A stretch of 11,626 nt of DNA from positions 1 through 11,626 of the forward strand of contig CAXTTL010000154.1 in assembly GCA_964247135.1 (NCBI GenBank), in the 5' to 3' direction. This stretch comes from an uncultured Deinococcales bacterium. Lineage in GTDB: Bacteria > Deinococcota > Deinococci > Deinococcales > JAAFIG01. A model generated the notes under the pieces. That model worked only from the letters and a program-made list of their open reading frames with translations. It had not been told where the DNA came from and searched no databases. Both the position numbers and the translations under genes were made by a program. Positions within the stretch are counted from its first letter, which is position 1. Each line of letters begins with the position of its first letter. Of the stretch, positions 8,854 to 11,626 are shown in pieces.

Positions 8854-8894
8854 CAGCACGTGAGGACTTGGGTGCAAAACGCTTGAGCCTCAAC

Positions 8895-8927
8895 CGTTAG
8901 CGCCTTGTTAATGCCCCGTTTGGCAAA
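8895..8927 (+). promoter_or_regulatory. Candidate SARP-type operator: 11-bp-period direct repeats
   Basis: CGTTAGCGCCT / TGTTAATGCCC / CGTTTGGCAAA, with GTT at 8896, 8907 and 8918, in the divergent promoter next to a SARP-like regulator. Confidence 0.5.
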
Positions 8928-8977
8928 CTCTGGTCAGACGAGGGCAACCTCGAGCGACACGAACAGGAGATCAAGCC

Positions 8978-9139
8978 ATGAACCCACCAATCCGCGAGAC
9001 ATACCAAACTCCGAAGCTCGAGACGCATACCGATTGGAAAGCCATGACGGGCGCACCTGTCAGCGTGCCAATCACGAGTTTATCCACCGACCCCAACGAC
9101 ACGCTCGAGAAAATGCTCGGGTTCTTGAAAGGACAATGA
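8978..9139 (+). CDS. 53-aa small peptide with a lasso/RRE-dependent RiPP-like leader
   Basis: Below the ORF-track cutoff. RBS AGGAGA (8965-8970) lies 7 nt before the ATG. Translation: MNPPIRETYQTPKLETHTDWKAMTGAPVSVPITSLSTDPNDTLEKMLGFLKGQ*. Contains YxxPxL and TG. The stop is 1 nt before the next ATG. Confidence 0.75.
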   Translation: MNPPIRETYQTPKLETHTDWKAMTGAPVSVPITSLSTDPNDTLEKMLGFLKGQ

Positions 9140-9140
9140 A

Positions 9141-11510
9141 ATGCGAAAATTACTGCTGCCAATATTGGTTTTAGCGTTTAGCGCTTGCAATCAAAGTCAA
9201 CTGATTCGTCCGATCATGCCAAGCACTCCCCACGGTTTGGTCGAAATCAATTTTTCTGAAATCGGCAACTCACAGCCAAACTCGAGCGCCAAAAACATTC
9301 CCTCGAGAAATCAAACCCGCACCCTGAGCGACAACACTGGCGGCATTGACATGAAGCTGGTCAGCACCAACGCATTTACCTTTAACCCTGGGGTCAACCG
9401 TCAAGATGGTTTTCGTTACCTGAGTGCAACCTACAAAATTCGCAACGCCGACAGCACTGGCACACTTTACGCAACACCTCGCAACAACCTCAGCTTTGTG
9501 GCGGTCAGCACCCCTAGCACCCTTGGCGGCAGCGCCGTCTCGAGCTTACTGCGCTTTGATGGCACACCAGCCGACTCGAGCATCGCGCCACTGATTCGTC
9601 CAACCCACGAAATGACGCTTGATGGCAACACGTTAACGCCCAAAACCCTAACGGGAAAAGAAGACTTTCAAGCCTACCTCGAGACTGAAATCGCTCAATT
9701 TCAACCGGGTGGTTTGAACCCGGTCACGGGTGTGAACAGCGTTTTTGGTTACGGCTTCGTGACCCGCCCCATCGGAAACACCGACAGCCGCATTTTACCC
9801 GCAGTGCCAGTTCGACCAGACGGGTACGACGGCATGGTGACCTTTGCCGTGCGCGTACCCTTGCAAGCCAATCCAAATGGTGCAAGCAAAGACCCATTCA
9901 GTTTCTCGATGCTGTTTGAAGTCATGGATGACAGCCAAACCACCGTCACCGAAAGTCTCGAGGAGCAAAATAACCTGGGCAACGCGTTTTCTCGGTCAGT
10001 GGGTTTAAACAATGCGCCAATCAAAATCCTGCCTGGCAGCAGCATCAGCGGCACTCCCGTCTGCCGAATTCGCACCGCAGGCACGGTCAACAACCCACTG
10101 GCTTTCATGGTCAACTCGAGCACCCTGAACGGCACACCCGCTCTTGCCAATCACATGTTTGCCACTGCGGGCAGCCCAATAGAAGCCATGTTCGACCAAC
10201 CCATGAACGCTGCCAACGCCCAAACGTTTAGCGTCAATGGTTCGATGACAGGTTTCAAAACTGGCTCGTACACTGGCGCCGGCACGAACAAACTTAAGTT
10301 TACTCCAACCGATACCTCGAGCACCAAGTTTCCAGCCAATGAAGAGCTTGAAGTCACACTGAATGGCGGATTAAACGACACGACTGGAAAAGCTATTTGC
10401 GCTCCGTACAGCTTTAAATACCGTACAGGAGTAAACGTCTCGAGTAGCGCGAGCTTTCCACTCTCGAGGACGTTCAACACAGGTGGTGGACCGGTATCGG
10501 TGATCACAGCGGACATGAACGAAGACGGTAAAATAGATTTGATTGTTCAGGATAGTATAGGTCAGTTGAACGTCAAGTGGGGCAATGGTTTTGGTGATTT
10601 TTCAAGCGGCGCGTTTATTCCTCCTGGTGATTTCAATTTTCCTGGTCAATCAATCGTTGCATCTGACCTGAATCACGACCATCACCTTGACCTGGTAGTC
10701 ACCAGTCCAGCTTCAAATTACATCAGCGTCATGTTAGGTAATGGTCTTGGAGGATTTACTAGAACAGATATTGTGTTATCGGCAATTGATGAACTTCGTC
10801 CATCTTTGATAAAAATAACGGACTTCAATAGCGATGGAATTTTGGATATTGTGAGTGTTAATACCACAAACATTCCTGGTTTAAATTCTATCTCCGTTCT
10901 ATTGGGCAATGGAGATGGTAGTTTCAAACCAAGCATTGTAAATCGTATTTCAAGTGCTGGTTTATTCAGTTCTATCAGCGTCGATGATCTTAACAATGAT
11001 GGAAAAATAGATGTCATCCTTGGCAACTTTAGTTCGAGTTCGGTAAAACTTTTGCTTGGCGCTGGCAATGGTCGTTTTCAAGCCCCAACACTTGTTGCGT
11101 TGCCTGGTATTCCAGCTTATGTTACGACCAGCGATGTGAACAACGATGGAAAACTAGACCTCATCGCTGTTTTTTTCAGTCAAGGCGCAGGCAGCGTCGG
11201 TATTTTACTTGGCAATGGCGATGGCAGTTTTCAAGCACCAAACTTCAAACCATTTGGGGTCAACCCTCAAGGAGTCCTGACCGCCGACCTGAACGGCGAC
11301 GGCAAACTTGACATCGCCACCTGTGACTCCAACTCGAGTCAAGTCATCATACTGTTGGGCAACGGCGACGGAACATTCCAAAATGGTTATGCCATTCCAG
11401 TTGGTGCTGGACCAGACTCTCTGAGTGCCGCCGACCTCAACAATGATGGGAAACTGGATTTGGCAGTCACAATTTATCCCCAAAATTACGTCCAAGTCTT
11501 ATTTCAATAA
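9141..11510 (+). CDS. Lipoprotein with an uncharacterised N-terminal domain, an SbsA/Big_5-like Ig domain and a seven-repeat FG-GAP/VCBS beta-propeller
   Basis: 789 aa. Lipoprotein signal MRKLLLPILVLAFSA-C16 and RBS AAAGGA (9128-9133). Ig-like segment IEAMFDQPMN...LKFTPT...LEVTLNGGL...YSFKYRT. Seven D-x-N-x-D-G-x-x-D-type repeats: DMNEDGKID, DLNHDHHLD, DFNSDGILD, DLNNDGKID, DVNNDGKLD, DLNGDGKLD, DLNNDGKLD. Confidence 0.9.
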   Translation: MRKLLLPILVLAFSACNQSQLIRPIMPSTPHGLVEINFSEIGNSQPNSSAKNIPSRNQTRTLSDNTGGIDMKLVSTNAFTFNPGVNRQDGFRYLSATYKIRNADSTGTLYATPRNNLSFVAVSTPSTLGGSAVSSLLRFDGTPADSSIAPLIRPTHEMTLDGNTLTPKTLTGKEDFQAYLETEIAQFQPGGLNPVTGVNSVFGYGFVTRPIGNTDSRILPAVPVRPDGYDGMVTFAVRVPLQANPNGASKDPFSFSMLFEVMDDSQTTVTESLEEQNNLGNAFSRSVGLNNAPIKILPGSSISGTPVCRIRTAGTVNNPLAFMVNSSTLNGTPALANHMFATAGSPIEAMFDQPMNAANAQTFSVNGSMTGFKTGSYTGAGTNKLKFTPTDTSSTKFPANEELEVTLNGGLNDTTGKAICAPYSFKYRTGVNVSSSASFPLSRTFNTGGGPVSVITADMNEDGKIDLIVQDSIGQLNVKWGNGFGDFSSGAFIPPGDFNFPGQSIVASDLNHDHHLDLVVTSPASNYISVMLGNGLGGFTRTDIVLSAIDELRPSLIKITDFNSDGILDIVSVNTTNIPGLNSISVLLGNGDGSFKPSIVNRISSAGLFSSISVDDLNNDGKIDVILGNFSSSSVKLLLGAGNGRFQAPTLVALPGIPAYVTTSDVNNDGKLDLIAVFFSQGAGSVGILLGNGDGSFQAPNFKPFGVNPQGVLTADLNGDGKLDIATCDSNSSQVIILLGNGDGTFQNGYAIPVGAGPDSLSAADLNNDGKLDLAVTIYPQNYVQVLFQ

Positions 11511-11606
11511 TCACCAACAGACGCTCGAGCAACCCAACACGAAATCACTCGCTCGAGGTTCACAAAAAAATCTCGAGCCACGCGTTTGATTGAGAAATCA
11601 GGAGTT

Positions 11607-11626
11607 ATGTTCAAACATATTGCCGT
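11607..11626 (+). CDS. Possible start of the next gene (MFKHIAV...), reminiscent of a universal stress protein N-terminus; truncated by the window edge
   Basis: AGGAG at 11600-11604, then ATG TTC AAA CAT ATT GCC GT. Only 6-7 codons are visible and the SD spacing is short. Confidence 0.35.

Larger units (their letters stand above)
47..11577. repeat. Highly iterated palindrome CTCGAG (dispersed, about 80 copies)
   Basis: Hand count of about 80 copies from 47 to 11572, in all reading frames and in intergenic DNA (1702, 5636, 5728, 5776, 8949, 11524, 11552, 11572). Confidence 0.95.

Noticed and set aside
8842-8877. Longer regulator start at 8877 (TTG)
   Set aside because: ATG 8841 gives the typical 'LKTLG' SARP-like N-terminus and has a -10-like hexamer 6 nt upstream.
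8905-9174. 89-aa (+) and 63-aa (-) ORFs from the track in the divergent region
   Set aside because: They lack a good RBS and overlap the lipoprotein start. The 8978-9139 frame has an AGGAGA RBS, a recognisable leader motif and tight coupling to the next gene.
8978-11510. Canonical lasso peptide biosynthetic cluster
   Set aside because: No B1/B2/C genes in the window and no Asp/Glu at core positions 7-9. Kept only as a lasso-like leader.
47-11577. CTCGAG repeats as a CRISPR/REP array or XhoI cloning artefact
   Set aside because: Only 6 bp, irregular spacing and no shared flanks. The sites sit in-frame in intact conserved genes, so they are not ligation junctions.

Overview
An 11.6 kb bacterial chromosomal segment, most likely Deinococcota, inferred from a Thermus/Deinococcus-type SIS protein, tal-rho adjacency and leaderless-type TANNNT promoters. 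The left part (1-5585, all minus strand) is housekeeping: transaldolase, rho, a LysM/M23 peptidase, a stand-alone receiver protein, a degenerate SIS (PGI/PMI-like) protein and an HtrA-like protease that runs off the left edge. The right part is an accessory divergent module. A SARP/BTAD-STAND ATPase-TPR regulator (minus strand) faces an unannotated 53-aa peptide with a lasso/RRE-type leader (YxxPxL...W...TG). That peptide ends 1 nt before a 789-aa lipoprotein made of an unknown N-terminal domain, an Ig-like domain and 7 FG-GAP repeats. An 11-bp-period direct repeat lies in the shared promoter. Across the whole window the palindrome CTCGAG occurs about 80 times by hand count, against about 3 expected, which is a HIP1-like signal. 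It is absent from a low-GC 860-bp stretch inside the lipoprotein propeller.
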